This document shows positions 1-9,930 of a stretch of DNA of 64,000 nt, in pieces. A model generated the notes under the pieces. That model saw only the letters and a program-made list of their open reading frames with translations. It was not told the origin of the DNA and searched no databases. Source of the DNA: a virus; IMG/VR virus record IMGVR_UViG_3300045988_173968, one strand, 5' to 3'. A program made the translations under genes and the position numbers. Every line of letters begins with the position of its first letter. The first letter of the stretch is position 1.

Positions 1-66
1 CATGGTATACTCATAATAGTCGGTAAGCAGGGTCAGGTTGCGTTCACGGGTGATATAATCGCTCAT
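1..66 (-). CDS. 5' fragment (22 codons) of a nicotinate phosphoribosyltransferase-like gene that leaves the window; probable host flank
   Basis: ATG at 66-64 follows an AGGAGG. MSDYITRERNLTLLTDYYEYTM resembles the NAPRTase N-terminus (LLTDxYxxTM) as I recall it. Too short for certainty. Confidence 0.35.
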   Translation of the reverse strand, partial: MSDYITRERNLTLLTDYYEYTM

Positions 67-276
67 AAGTAATCCTCCTTTTGGAATAGATTTTTGTTTC
101 CGATGCATCTCTTTGTAGAGCTTCATTTCCCTTTATTCAAGCGGTTTTCTTCGCTTTTAGGCGAGCTTATTTCAGCTTGATTTGCCTAAATTCTATTGAG
201 AGATAGCATCCATTTTTTGCAATATTTTTTTCATCAATTTTTCACAGGTCTATATAGCTTTATGTCTTTATCGCGC

Positions 277-312
277 AAAAAGTTGTCAAAAAAGTTGTCA
301 AAAAAGTTGTCA
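277..312. repeat. Perfect 3 x 12-bp tandem repeat AAAAAGTTGTCA next to the integrase 3' end (candidate arm-type or att-proximal site)
   Basis: Read directly from the sequence: three identical adjacent 12-mers followed by AAA. The function is inferred. Confidence 0.8.
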
Positions 313-348
313 AAATTTCGCCCAATCTATATCGTTAAAAGCCCTTTT

Positions 349-1539
349 TCAACACACTAACGGTGTTCCTTCGCGCAGTCTTTCTACAGCCTCGAGCATC
401 TGTTTTTCTGCTTTTTCGTAGACCGTATGTGAGTAGACATTAAGGGTAATGCTCGCATCGGAATGACCCATCAAATATTGAAGTTCCTTTATCTCTACGC
501 CAGCATGTAGCATATTTGTGCAGAATGTATGACGGAAGATGTGTGGTGTAACTTCAAATAGTGGTTCATCAGGATGGGCTCTTCGATAGGCCAGCAAGGC
601 TCTCCTTATGAGCTTGTTGAAGTCGTCTCCTCCTCGTACAAGTCCTTCCTTCGTCCTGACGATAAAACCAGTATAACCGTCGATATATTGTTCGAATCCC
701 ATCTTACGCGCTTTTTCCACCAGCTGCTTCATGCTTTTTTCAACCTCAGTCGTCATGGGTATAAATCTTTTTCCTGAAGATGTCTTTGGTGGCCCAATAC
801 AGAACTCTGAATGAGTATTGCCTCTTAACAACTGGTGATCCACCTTGATTCTCCTATTTTCGAAATCCAAATCACCATATGTCAATCCACAAAACTCAGA
901 AATACGCATCCCCGTATTCAAAAGCACAAGACATTCATCATAGTATCTTGAATAATAAACGCTGTTTTTTATAAACTCCATCCATGATTTCTGCTGTTGT
1001 TTTGTCAATGCTTTTCTGTCGTGCTCTGGCCTTGCTACAATATCCGTACAGCTAAATGTCACTGGGTTTTTACGCACAACATCGTCATTTACGAGCATCT
1101 CGTATCCGCCTTTTAGAACTCTCCACACTTCTCTGAGCATCGCATAGGTTGCTCCATTGTTTCGAGCCGAAACAAACCATTCGAGTAAAGTGGATGGCTT
1201 GACAAATGCAGCTCTCATCGCGCCAAGTGATTCTCTTGATAGGCGATTTCTCGCTGTCCTATAACAGCATATGGTACTTCTTTTGCATGCGCCTCGCTTT
1301 ATCTCGAGCCATTTATCAATCATTTCAAGGATTGTGATGTCTCTTGCGTCATAGTCAATCCCGTCTCGAATGTCTTGTTCAATCTGCGCCTCTTTTTCTC
1401 GAAGCTCCTGCAAGGTTTCGGCATAAACATAGCCTCTTTTCCCTTTGCATGTTGTGTAACGATACTGGTATCTTCCGTCTTTTCTTTCATCTTCTCCTTT
1501 CCTCAATACTCGTCCTTTACTATCTTTTCTGCGTTCCAT
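349..1539 (-). CDS. int: Tyrosine integrase (Tn916/phage-integrase family)
   Basis: 396 aa. C-terminal catalytic region HIFRHTFCTN...LMGHSDASITLNVYSH has the R..H-x-x-R..H..Y pattern. TGA stop and no in-frame TAG. Confidence 0.9.
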   Translation of the reverse strand: MERRKDSKGRVLRKGEDERKDGRYQYRYTTCKGKRGYVYAETLQELREKEAQIEQDIRDGIDYDARDITILEMIDKWLEIKRGACKRSTICCYRTARNRLSRESLGAMRAAFVKPSTLLEWFVSARNNGATYAMLREVWRVLKGGYEMLVNDDVVRKNPVTFSCTDIVARPEHDRKALTKQQQKSWMEFIKNSVYYSRYYDECLVLLNTGMRISEFCGLTYGDLDFENRRIKVDHQLLRGNTHSEFCIGPPKTSSGKRFIPMTTEVEKSMKQLVEKARKMGFEQYIDGYTGFIVRTKEGLVRGGDDFNKLIRRALLAYRRAHPDEPLFEVTPHIFRHTFCTNMLHAGVEIKELQYLMGHSDASITLNVYSHTVYEKAEKQMLEAVERLREGTPLVC

Positions 1540-1561
1540 AGTTGGCTCCTTTCCCTTAACG

Positions 1562-1599
1562 GAGCCCCAATATGGGAATATTATACTACATTGGGGCTC
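1562..1599. other. 10-bp inverted repeat (GAGCCCCAAT...ATTGGGGCTC) between xis and int
   Basis: Perfect 10-bp arms with an 18-nt loop in the xis-int spacer. Role unknown (attenuator or binding site). Confidence 0.4.
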
Positions 1600-1616
1600 G
1601 TTTGTCCATCATGAGG

Positions 1617-1814
1617 TCATATTGAATATGCCTGAGCCAACCATTTTTCGCAGGGAACTCTCTTTATCAATCTCTTACTTCCCACAAACAGGACGAAGTT
1701 GCAATTCGGTTCATTGGTTATTTCCCGCAGCTTGCATATCCCAATCCCAAAGTAAGCCGCGGCTTCTTCAAGGGTCAGGTTTGACTTCTCCTAAATTGGC
1801 ACTGTACAATTCAT
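1617..1814 (-). CDS. xis: Excisionase (Tn916 Xis-like HTH) with an in-frame TAG at codon 8
   Basis: MNCTVPI[TAG]EKSNLTLEEAAAYFGIGICKLREI...LIKRVPCEKWL resembles Tn916 Xis ([22 protein letters not shown]) as recalled. TAG at 1793-1791, TGA stop. Not in the ORF track because TAG splits it. Confidence 0.7.
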
Positions 1815-1815
1815 A

Positions 1816-2259
1816 TTACTTCCTCCCTGTCGATCCAAACCCACCTCGAGATTCTTTATTAAGTCTTGTACATTCCTCAAAATCAATCGCAGGTTGGTGC
1901 TTCATAATTCTGAACTGTGCAACTCTGTCATTCATCTCAATTCGGCAGTCTCTCGTTGCATAGACTGGCAGTTTCCACTCGTCCTCGTCTCCGCAATATG
2001 ATTCATCTACAACTCCAACGGAGTTGGTCTGAATGATTCCATAGTTGCGGAATGTAGAACTGCGGGGTGCAATGTGCGCTTCATAGCCTTCCGGCAACGC
2101 CATGGCTATACCCAGCGGAATGAGCCTAAAATCGCCCGCCTTCATCTCAACCGTTTCCGCAGAACGCAGGTCAATCCAATCGCTTTTGCCATCTATGTAT
2201 TTGAGGTCATCAATATCCTTTGATAAATACTTGATTTTAATTGTTACCTTGTCTTCCAT
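1816..2259 (-). CDS. dut: dUTP diphosphatase (dUTPase)
   Basis: Motifs AGDFRLIPLG, PRSS, GVVDESYCGD and the C-terminal RGGFGSTG. Start taken at MEDKV (2259), just after the nrdG stop. Confidence 0.85.
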   Translation of the reverse strand: MEDKVTIKIKYLSKDIDDLKYIDGKSDWIDLRSAETVEMKAGDFRLIPLGIAMALPEGYEAHIAPRSSTFRNYGIIQTNSVGVVDESYCGDEDEWKLPVYATRDCRIEMNDRVAQFRIMKHQPAIDFEECTRLNKESRGGFGSTGRK

Positions 2260-2264
2260 CTTTT

Positions 2265-2759
2265 TTAGCCTTCTTTCCATAATACTAACTTGTTCTCTCT
2301 TATCGACACTTTTACATCTATCACATTCTGATTGCTGGAACCTACCCAATGCTTATCCGGTGACTTGAGTTCGTCTATGTATTCTCCGTCCACCAGGACA
2401 TCGATATTCTCAATACCCGGTTTTCGCTTCACAGTATCCCAACTGGAACCAGTGTAAACCCAAATGTTCTTGTTCGGGAATGCTTTTTTAACGGCATCAA
2501 TGAGACGCATTGTATCCCAAATATTTGCAAGGGACAGAGGGTCGCCGCCAGTCAATGTAATACCAGAACACCAGTCTTGCGATAGCGTATCACATATCAT
2601 GTTCTATTCTTTCTCTCCAAACTCTGAGCCGACATTAGCGTCCCATGTTTCCGGATTGAAACAATTTTTGCAATGATGTTCACAGCCGGAGACCCAGATC
2701 ACACATCTGAGCCCCGAGCCGTTATTCATGTTGCAGTTGTCAATCTTGATGTAATTCAT
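2265..2759 (-). CDS. nrdG: Anaerobic ribonucleotide reductase activating protein (radical SAM), read through one in-frame TAG
   Basis: The N-terminal segment carries CEHHCKNC (CxxxCxxC). TAG at 2606-2604 is in the same frame as track ORF 2265-2600 (GITLTGGDPL). The ATG overlaps the nrdD stop (TAATG). Confidence 0.8.
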
Positions 2760-4888
2760 TACATTGACTTCCTTTCAGCGAACTCTGCCAACTTATGGTC
2801 AGCATACATCGTTCTTCCCTTAACTTTGCTGTAACCTAAATATCCATTCATTCTTTCTATTCGTGTAATATTCGTGCTGCCACACTTGGGACATTCATCT
2901 TTGTCAATAAAGGAAGCTCCACAGTCTTCACAATAATCGAGTTGCATATTGATACCCTCGTAGAAACCCATCTTCATAGCTCGTCTGATGAGAGTTTTCA
3001 TTGCCTCCGTGTTGTAGTCGGTTGTATATCTGCAATACTGAATATTACCACCATTACAAAGATGGAACATTGGATATTCAATGTCTTGCTTTTGGATTGG
3101 GCTTATGTCTTCCCAAACTCCACAATGGAATGAGTTACTTGTGTATGGCCTATCAGAGACGCCTTTGATAATGCCATATTTTTTACGGAACTGTTCTATT
3201 TGGAGCCCGCAGAGACTTTCTGCAGGAGTACCGTACAAAGCATAGAGTATTCCATCTTCCTTTTTATATCTGTCGGCGTAAGTGTTAATGAATTTTAGTG
3301 TGTCAATTGCGAATGTATTATCCTCTGCAATGGATTTGCCACAGTACAATACACTGGCTTCATTCAGCGCTGTAATGCCAAAACTCATTGTCATCGGGCG
3401 CAGGAAGTCTTCACCAAGCTCCTGCTCTGGATCTAAACGACCGTTCAAGAATCCACCCTGACAAAAAGCCAGAGGATTGGTTCCTGCTTTCTTATGCGAC
3501 AGGTAACTGAATGTTCTCTTATGGATCGCTCTGCAAAGGTCGAGATAATAAGTGAGAACCTCGTAATAATCTTTGTTCTCCTGCTGAGCCTTTGCAACAA
3601 TCATTGGAAAGTGCAACGAGATTGCTCCCAAGTTGCAGCGTCCCTCATATACGGGTTTATCGTTCTCATCGGCGGGTTCCATACCGCCTCGTTCATACCA
3701 TGGACTTAAATTTGCCCGGCAACCCATTCTTGAAATAGTTACTCCATGTTTTTTATAGATGCTTGGAGCATACCCGTCGCCTGTACAACTGATGTAGTCA
3801 GGATACATGGCGGCTTTGCTACATTCGATTGCCTCATCAAACAGCCATTCGAGATCACCGCCTTCACCATGCAGGTTCTCATCATAGAAGAAACTCAGCT
3901 TAGGGAAAAGAACCGGGTGTTTGAAACCTGGCTTTCCCTGCCCGTCTCTTCTTACTGCCATACAGACTGATGAGAGCATTGTTTCAAATTTACTCGTTCC
4001 GAGTCCAAAAGAAATACTGGTAAAGGGATAATCTCCGCGGCTTGAAGCCACAGAATTGAATTTCATTTCCCAGCCTTGAAAACCCTGTTCAGCGTCTCTG
4101 GCCACCTTTCCAAACGCCCAGTTTTCAGCTGCCTTGCCGTCTTTGTGTGTGAGCGAAACATATTCATTGTAATATTTCTTGAAACTCATCTCGGCGTAAG
4201 GAGCGAGAAGCTTGTCGATCTCACTTATCGTAAACCCACCATACTGGCACGATGCTGCGTTCATTGCAATATCGCCTACAAGATCAAATGCCACATCAAG
4301 TGTTTTGGGCTCCTGGTAATCAAGGTTCCCCATGAAGAATCCGCCTTTGAGTACAGCTCCCATGTCAAAGAGGCAGCAATTGACACTATCCAGCCTGCTC
4401 CCTCTATCATGGATATAGATGTACCCTTCATTCATCGCCTGCCGTTCTTCGCTTGTAAGGAAAAACTTTTTATATAGTTCGCTATTCAGTTCGTTATACA
4501 CAATGGCTTTTTGGGTCGTCACCAATGCGGAATCAGCGTTGGCATTGCTTCTATCTCCTACGAAGCTAAGTGACAGTTTTTTGTTGTACACTCTATCAAG
4601 CATAGAAGCAAAAGAGGATTTGTTATCTCGATATTCTCTGTATGATTTAGCCACGGATGGGTTAACTGTATCAAGAGCACATTCTACTACATTGTGAACA
4701 ATGCTTACCGGCACCGGTTGCTCATACTCGGACATTCTTCGCTTCGCAAAAGCGACCACTTTGTCTTCTTCCTTATCGGTAAGGGTAACACAGACCCGCT
4801 CAGCACTCTTGCGAATTGCGTTCTTAATCTTTTGCGGTTCGAAATCTACAGTGTTACCGTTCTTCTTGAGCACAGAAAGCTTCTTCAT
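2759..4888 (-). CDS. nrdD: Anaerobic ribonucleoside-triphosphate reductase (class III)
   Basis: 709 aa. N-terminal ATP-cone (VLKKNGNTVDFEPQKI), a C-terminal Zn-ribbon (CEDCG...CPKCG) and the glycyl-radical motif RMNGYLGY. Confidence 0.9.
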   Translation of the reverse strand: MKKLSVLKKNGNTVDFEPQKIKNAIRKSAERVCVTLTDKEEDKVVAFAKRRMSEYEQPVPVSIVHNVVECALDTVNPSVAKSYREYRDNKSSFASMLDRVYNKKLSLSFVGDRSNANADSALVTTQKAIVYNELNSELYKKFFLTSEERQAMNEGYIYIHDRGSRLDSVNCCLFDMGAVLKGGFFMGNLDYQEPKTLDVAFDLVGDIAMNAASCQYGGFTISEIDKLLAPYAEMSFKKYYNEYVSLTHKDGKAAENWAFGKVARDAEQGFQGWEMKFNSVASSRGDYPFTSISFGLGTSKFETMLSSVCMAVRRDGQGKPGFKHPVLFPKLSFFYDENLHGEGGDLEWLFDEAIECSKAAMYPDYISCTGDGYAPSIYKKHGVTISRMGCRANLSPWYERGGMEPADENDKPVYEGRCNLGAISLHFPMIVAKAQQENKDYYEVLTYYLDLCRAIHKRTFSYLSHKKAGTNPLAFCQGGFLNGRLDPEQELGEDFLRPMTMSFGITALNEASVLYCGKSIAEDNTFAIDTLKFINTYADRYKKEDGILYALYGTPAESLCGLQIEQFRKKYGIIKGVSDRPYTSNSFHCGVWEDISPIQKQDIEYPMFHLCNGGNIQYCRYTTDYNTEAMKTLIRRAMKMGFYEGINMQLDYCEDCGASFIDKDECPKCGSTNITRIERMNGYLGYSKVKGRTMYADHKLAEFAERKSM

Positions 4889-5160
4889 TCTCCATACCCC
4901 CTCTCGATAAGGGTCATGATTGCGTAGTTGGCAAGGTCAAGCAGTGTGTCGTCTATTGACTCGTCATTAACCGCTGCGCTGCCATTTCGGACAAGATTCT
5001 TTACCCGCTGAAGCTTATCTTCGAGACGGATGCATGGCATCGTCATTCCATATTCAATGAATGACCTACCAAACGAGTCTCCATAATCTTTGTTTTTGCG
5101 CTCATATATGCCGTTGAGTTCTTTACAAATTCTTTCGTGTTTTCTAACTTTGTCTTCCAT
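4885..5160 (-). CDS. DUF1599-like small protein (often found beside thyX in phages)
   Basis: KNKDYGDSF...IRLEDKLQRVKNL...ESIDDTLLDLANYAIM pattern recalled for DUF1599. Start at MEDKV with an AAAGGGG RBS. Confidence 0.5.
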   Translation of the reverse strand: MEDKVRKHERICKELNGIYERKNKDYGDSFGRSFIEYGMTMPCIRLEDKLQRVKNLVRNGSAAVNDESIDDTLLDLANYAIMTLIERGYGE

Positions 5161-5165
5161 GAATA

Positions 5166-5882
5166 TTACCCCTTTCTCGGACTGCCGCAACTCATTTTAC
5201 CTTCTGGACAAGCGCCGGAGACACACGGTGCTCCTGCATGAGAGAACAAGATCGGAGCAACTTCTTTGCAAAGCCGAAGCATTTCATCCGCCAACGCCCT
5301 GATCTCATCCTGGGCACGATTGCAACATCTCTTATTGAAGAAATGCATCAGCTCTCTGGCATTCATTGTAACAATCAGCTTCGTTTCGCAGGCATTTGGA
5401 AGTACAGCTCTTGCGTTTTCTATAGCTATCTTCTCAGCCTTTTTTCGTTCCATTCCATTCGTCACCAAGTCAGCCGTAATTGCCGCTGTAAGCGTTTTGT
5501 ATGCCTCGAACGACTCATTTACCGCTTCATCGAAAAGCTCCTTATACATCGAATTTGAGGCTATAATGGGCGGCGTAATGTACTCAAAAGTGTCTCCAAG
5601 GTTCACATACCTCTGGCTCTGTACACTGAATGAAGCAATGCGGTGACGAGTGATCTGTGCCAATAAGGATCGGGATACGCCATCTACGGCGAATGTAAAT
5701 GATGCATGTTCAAGAGGACTCTCATGGCCGAGATCGGCAAGCATCTTAATAAACTTGTCAACATTTTCTTCGGTTAGCTTCTCGTAGATGCCACATGCAT
5801 CCGTTTTTGAGTAGCATAGCTTTGCTGCAGTTGTTATTAGTTTTTCTGGCTCAGGAGTATGTGCAAGCAACTGAACATTCAT
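5166..5882 (-). CDS. thyX: Flavin-dependent thymidylate synthase ThyX
   Basis: The ThyX signature RHRIASFSVQSQRY (RHRxxSxxxxSxR) and the typical LEHASFTF. Confidence 0.9.
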   Translation of the reverse strand: MNVQLLAHTPEPEKLITTAAKLCYSKTDACGIYEKLTEENVDKFIKMLADLGHESPLEHASFTFAVDGVSRSLLAQITRHRIASFSVQSQRYVNLGDTFEYITPPIIASNSMYKELFDEAVNESFEAYKTLTAAITADLVTNGMERKKAEKIAIENARAVLPNACETKLIVTMNARELMHFFNKRCCNRAQDEIRALADEMLRLCKEVAPILFSHAGAPCVSGACPEGKMSCGSPRKG

Positions 5883-6211
5883 TTAACTACCTCCAAATCA
5901 AGAACGCTAAACAACCACTTAATCTCGGAATGGTCTTCTTTAAGGCACACAATAAGAGGTCTGTCTTTGAACCTCTCATCATACTCAACCGTAAGTTCTT
6001 TGCCCTTATTTTCTTCAACGAAGTCTTTGTATCTCTGAGAAAGGTCATTCCACTTCACAGAGCCATGGATTCTATCATATCGAAGCCGCACCTTCGTTCC
6101 TTCCGGAATAGATGTTTCCGCCTTTTGACGGTCAACATCCATCAGCATCTGCTCAAGAAGCTTTCGTGCTTTTTTATTTTTAACAAGAGCTCGTTTCTGC
6201 TCTCTATTCAT
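5879..6211 (-). CDS. Hypothetical protein
   Basis: Track ORF. Start moved to MNREQK (6211), immediately after the Pol III stop. No family recognised. Confidence 0.5.
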   Translation of the reverse strand: MNREQKRALVKNKKARKLLEQMLMDVDRQKAETSIPEGTKVRLRYDRIHGSVKWNDLSQRYKDFVEENKGKELTVEYDERFKDRPLIVCLKEDHSEIKWLFSVLDLEVVK

Positions 6212-6212
6212 A

Positions 6213-9200
6213 TCATTCAACCCTTTCGTACTTAATGAGATACCAATATCCGCTTTGATTCTTTTGGACATCAGAAGCGTATATAATGTCTCCCTTGCTG
6301 ATTTTGTTCTTGTTATATGTAGCTGTTCTGATTGTTAATCTCGCATTCTTCCCTGTTCCCATTGAACGAGTAAAGCAGGCATAGCCCCATACATCACCGG
6401 AAGTTTTAGACTTTAATGGCACCAAATCGGTTACTATCAGCTTCCGTCTGTCTTCCGGTACTCCTGTCTTAATGTCGATATATCCAAGTATATCGAGCTG
6501 GTTTTGCATTTTAACTTTAAGGTTAATTTCAGAGATATTGAGGCTTTTGATATAGTCCTCGCATTCATGGAGAATAGCTGTCATATCCGTAATTGTGTAG
6601 GTTTTCAGCTCTTCGTTTTTCGCATTACGATCTGTTGCATGTCTGGCAACGATATGCTCCAACTCTGAACCAGCAAGCTTATCTTTGCGGATCGTCTTCA
6701 TTGTTCCCTGTTTAAAGAAATCAAACATCCGCATTATCCGAGACAGCTCTGCGCTATTCCCGAATTGCTGGAAATAATCAATTTGGATAAGCGGTGTTAC
6801 TTTTGCTTCCTTGATAGATCTCTCATTGAGCCAGCTCAGCACATCAACGAAATATTTAAAATCATTTTTGCTACACTGATATAATTCACGAGCGAGTGTC
6901 TTGCCAAAGCCTTTGACCGATGTAAGCGACTTGGTTATGATGCGTTTCTCCACATCTGCAATGGGAGCCCTGTTATCTTGTCCGTATCTATATGGCAAGA
7001 ACTTAATACCGAAGTATTCCTCAGCCTCTCTCTTAGCGTCTTGAGCCCTGTCTTTGTCGCCCTTTTCTTCCATCTGGTTTATGAAAACCTCGTAGAACTC
7101 AACCGGATGATGAGCTTTGAGCCAAGCGCCGTACAAGCTATCCAATGACACACAATAGGAGTGAGAGTTCGATGTAACGATGCCGGTTGCCGTGACAAAA
7201 TTGTGTGCCGGGTCTGACATTTCAACATCGTATGTAAGTTCTTCGCCCAACTTTTCAATAGTGGCAATCTTTTTGAGTAACGGCTGCGGGGATGCTTTAT
7301 CAATTTTGATTTGATAAACCATTTCGGGTGACATCCAGTAAAGCTCATCGCCAACAGATAATTCGTAGAGCTGCTTGTCGCCGCTTGGTGTCGGGAACTT
7401 GTGATTACCCGTACATTTAATGAACATGCCGTGACCATTTTCGAGCGTCACCTTATAAACTGGTTGTTTTCCTGCTGGACGAATGTCAACAATTTTGTTC
7501 TTCGCCAGCCCAGCTTTCCCAAAAGAGTAGCCGTATCCATAACCACGCCGAGCATATTCCATGTGGAGCGGATGTTCCTGGTCATGCATGGCTTTGTACA
7601 TTGTCTCTACGGTTTCCATGCGAGAGTCATACTTCATAATGAATGTGTCACCGGATACACAAGCGTTGAATGAATAACGGCTGGAGTCTTCGATAATTGT
7701 CCACAGGTCGCCCGCCAGCTTCTCTGCTTCTTTTCCTGGCTTCTTTTCGTCCCGAATGATCGCCGCCGCAAAGCCAGAGATGAATTTGTCTTTATATGAT
7801 AAGACCTTTTCTACTCTCTTTTTTGCTATATTTTTGATTGCCGTGTAACACTCCGACATAGGAATTCCTGCGTAATGTAGTGCTGCCATTTCCATCTCCT
7901 GATACAGGACGAAGCTGTTTGGCATTTCCTCTGTCTGGATTAGTTCGTCGAAAGATTTGACCCCGTACTTAAACGGCTGGCGGCTTTCGAATGTCTTGTA
8001 CATGCTTGCAAATCCAGGTCTTATTGCTGCCACAAATGCGCAAAGCTCCGAAATGTTGGTCGGGTGATACTTCGCAACGCGAGCTGTTGTGCCTGTTTTT
8101 TCGACCTGATTGATACCGATAGTTGCACCCTTGGCGTAAACATCCCATGCCGGATCATTCGGAGGACACATTTCTAAGAGCTCCGTTACGCTCGGAGGCT
8201 CCATTCCTATTCTGTCGAAGACCTTATACATCAGGTCTACAACCTTTACTGTAAGTAAATCATTCTTAAGAAAGTGATATTCTTCTGCCCAATGGCCGTC
8301 CATCAGGCAACAGAGATTGTCCTTGATCCTCACCAAGCCAATCTCCTCTCGAATACTTCCTTGATACAGGAGGTAGGAGCAAGGTGCAATACTCCAGCTT
8401 GATATCAAGCCTCGAAAATCATTGCTCTTATCGAATACCTCCCAATATTGTTTGTCGATGTATTTATGTACATCAATGTCTTCTTTTTCATCTTCATCTG
8501 CGTGTTTAAGAGCAGTTTCATATCTCTTTATCTGCTCAGACACTTCGTTGGCAAGCTCAAACGGGACACCCTGTGATTTTGCGTACAGTTTCCATGCGGC
8601 AGATGCCTTTGCTGTGCCGTATGCAATCATCGGATACGCATGGTCATCACCAAGAACCTGTTTTTGAGCCAAGGCAAATGGCTCCTGATTGTCTACATTA
8701 AAGTCAATATCGGGCAGAGATCCACTCTGCAATATTCTTTCTGTAGACATAAATCGTTCTGGGTACATCTTGACTGTAGCCGCAATGCGGTCTACTTCCG
8801 TAAAGCCAAGAAGCATATTCGTAACAAAGCTAACTGCACTGCCACGACCACTTTTCGTCAAATGACCGCCGTTTTTCTTGCCTTGCTTAATTACTTCGTG
8901 GTTAATGATAAAGTAGTCCGCCGTCTTAGTGTCAATTACGGTTTGAACTTCCTTTGCAATTTCATCAATGTAATGTTTCCGCTTTTCTGGAGGAATGCCT
9001 TTCGAATAAGCCTTAAATCCGTTCCTAATGAGCTGCTTATAGATTTCATCTCGTTCCTCTTGAGGTTTATCCAAATACAGAGACGGCATCTTGATATCTT
9101 TGTTGAATATCGGCGAGTCATACTCCTCAACTTGCAAAAACACATTCGTGTTCTCAATTGCTTCTCTTATCTCGCCGTCAGACAACACACACTGTTCTGC

Positions 9201-9917
9201 AAACCGTCGGTACGCTTCATCACCACCAGGATAGTCAAGATACCACCCTTCTTCTTGCGGATAAGTAAGACCTTTTGAAACAAGATAGTCTGTCCGGTCT
9301 TGCGCCTGTTTAGGATAGATATAATGACTATCACATCCCATGATAAGTGGTATCCCACTTTCTCTATGGATACGGATGATTCTTTTGTTCAGTTCCCGCT
9401 GCGACTCCGTATTGTGGTACTGAACCTCCAAATAGAAGTTGCGCCTAAAATGTCCGAACAATGCAGCAACAAAATTCTCGACATCTTCGTAATCCCAAAA
9501 CTTAATGCAAGCAGAAGTCACCCACACATCATCGGGTGGCAAAGAGAGAATCAGTTCTTTATCTAATCTTGCCTGTCCGTAGAAGCCTGTATCATTCGCT
9601 TCGGACATGACATTATTTAACGCTCTACGACCTTTCTCGTTCTTTGCTCCGATGAATATATGGCAGTTAGTACGGTCTTTCTCAAATCTGTCGTTGACCT
9701 AATAGGCTTCAACCGATTCAAGGAATTTGAGACCATATTTTTTAGCCACCTCGTAAGCCTCGATGTATCTCCCTTGGTATCCGTGTTCACACGAGGACAG
9801 AATGCCGTGGCCAAGCTCCACCGCTCTTTTGGCATAGTCCTCGTAGTTTACGGTACTATCGGAGATCCGAGGGTTTGTAAACCAAGAATGTTTGTGATAA
9901 TTCTGATAAACAAACAA
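6213..9917 (-). CDS. dnaE: DNA polymerase III alpha (DnaE-like) with N-terminal PHP domain, one in-frame TAG and a mini-intein
   Basis: Track ORFs 9699-9917 (PHP: NYHKHS...SCEHGY) and 6213-9608 are in one frame joined by TAG 9701-9699 (..SVEAY[TAG]VNDRF..). Shows IRPGFASMY and the FN/SHS motif split by the intein. TTG start. Confidence 0.85.
7167..7661 (-). other. Mini-intein (about 165 aa) inserted in the DnaE YSFN|SHS motif
   Basis: Starts CVSGDTFI (block A), has CTGNHKF (block B TxxH), and ends HNFVTATGIVTSN|S (blocks F/G). The flanks rejoin to SFNA-SHSYC. Confidence 0.7.
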
Positions 9918-9930
9918 TCATATGACCTCC

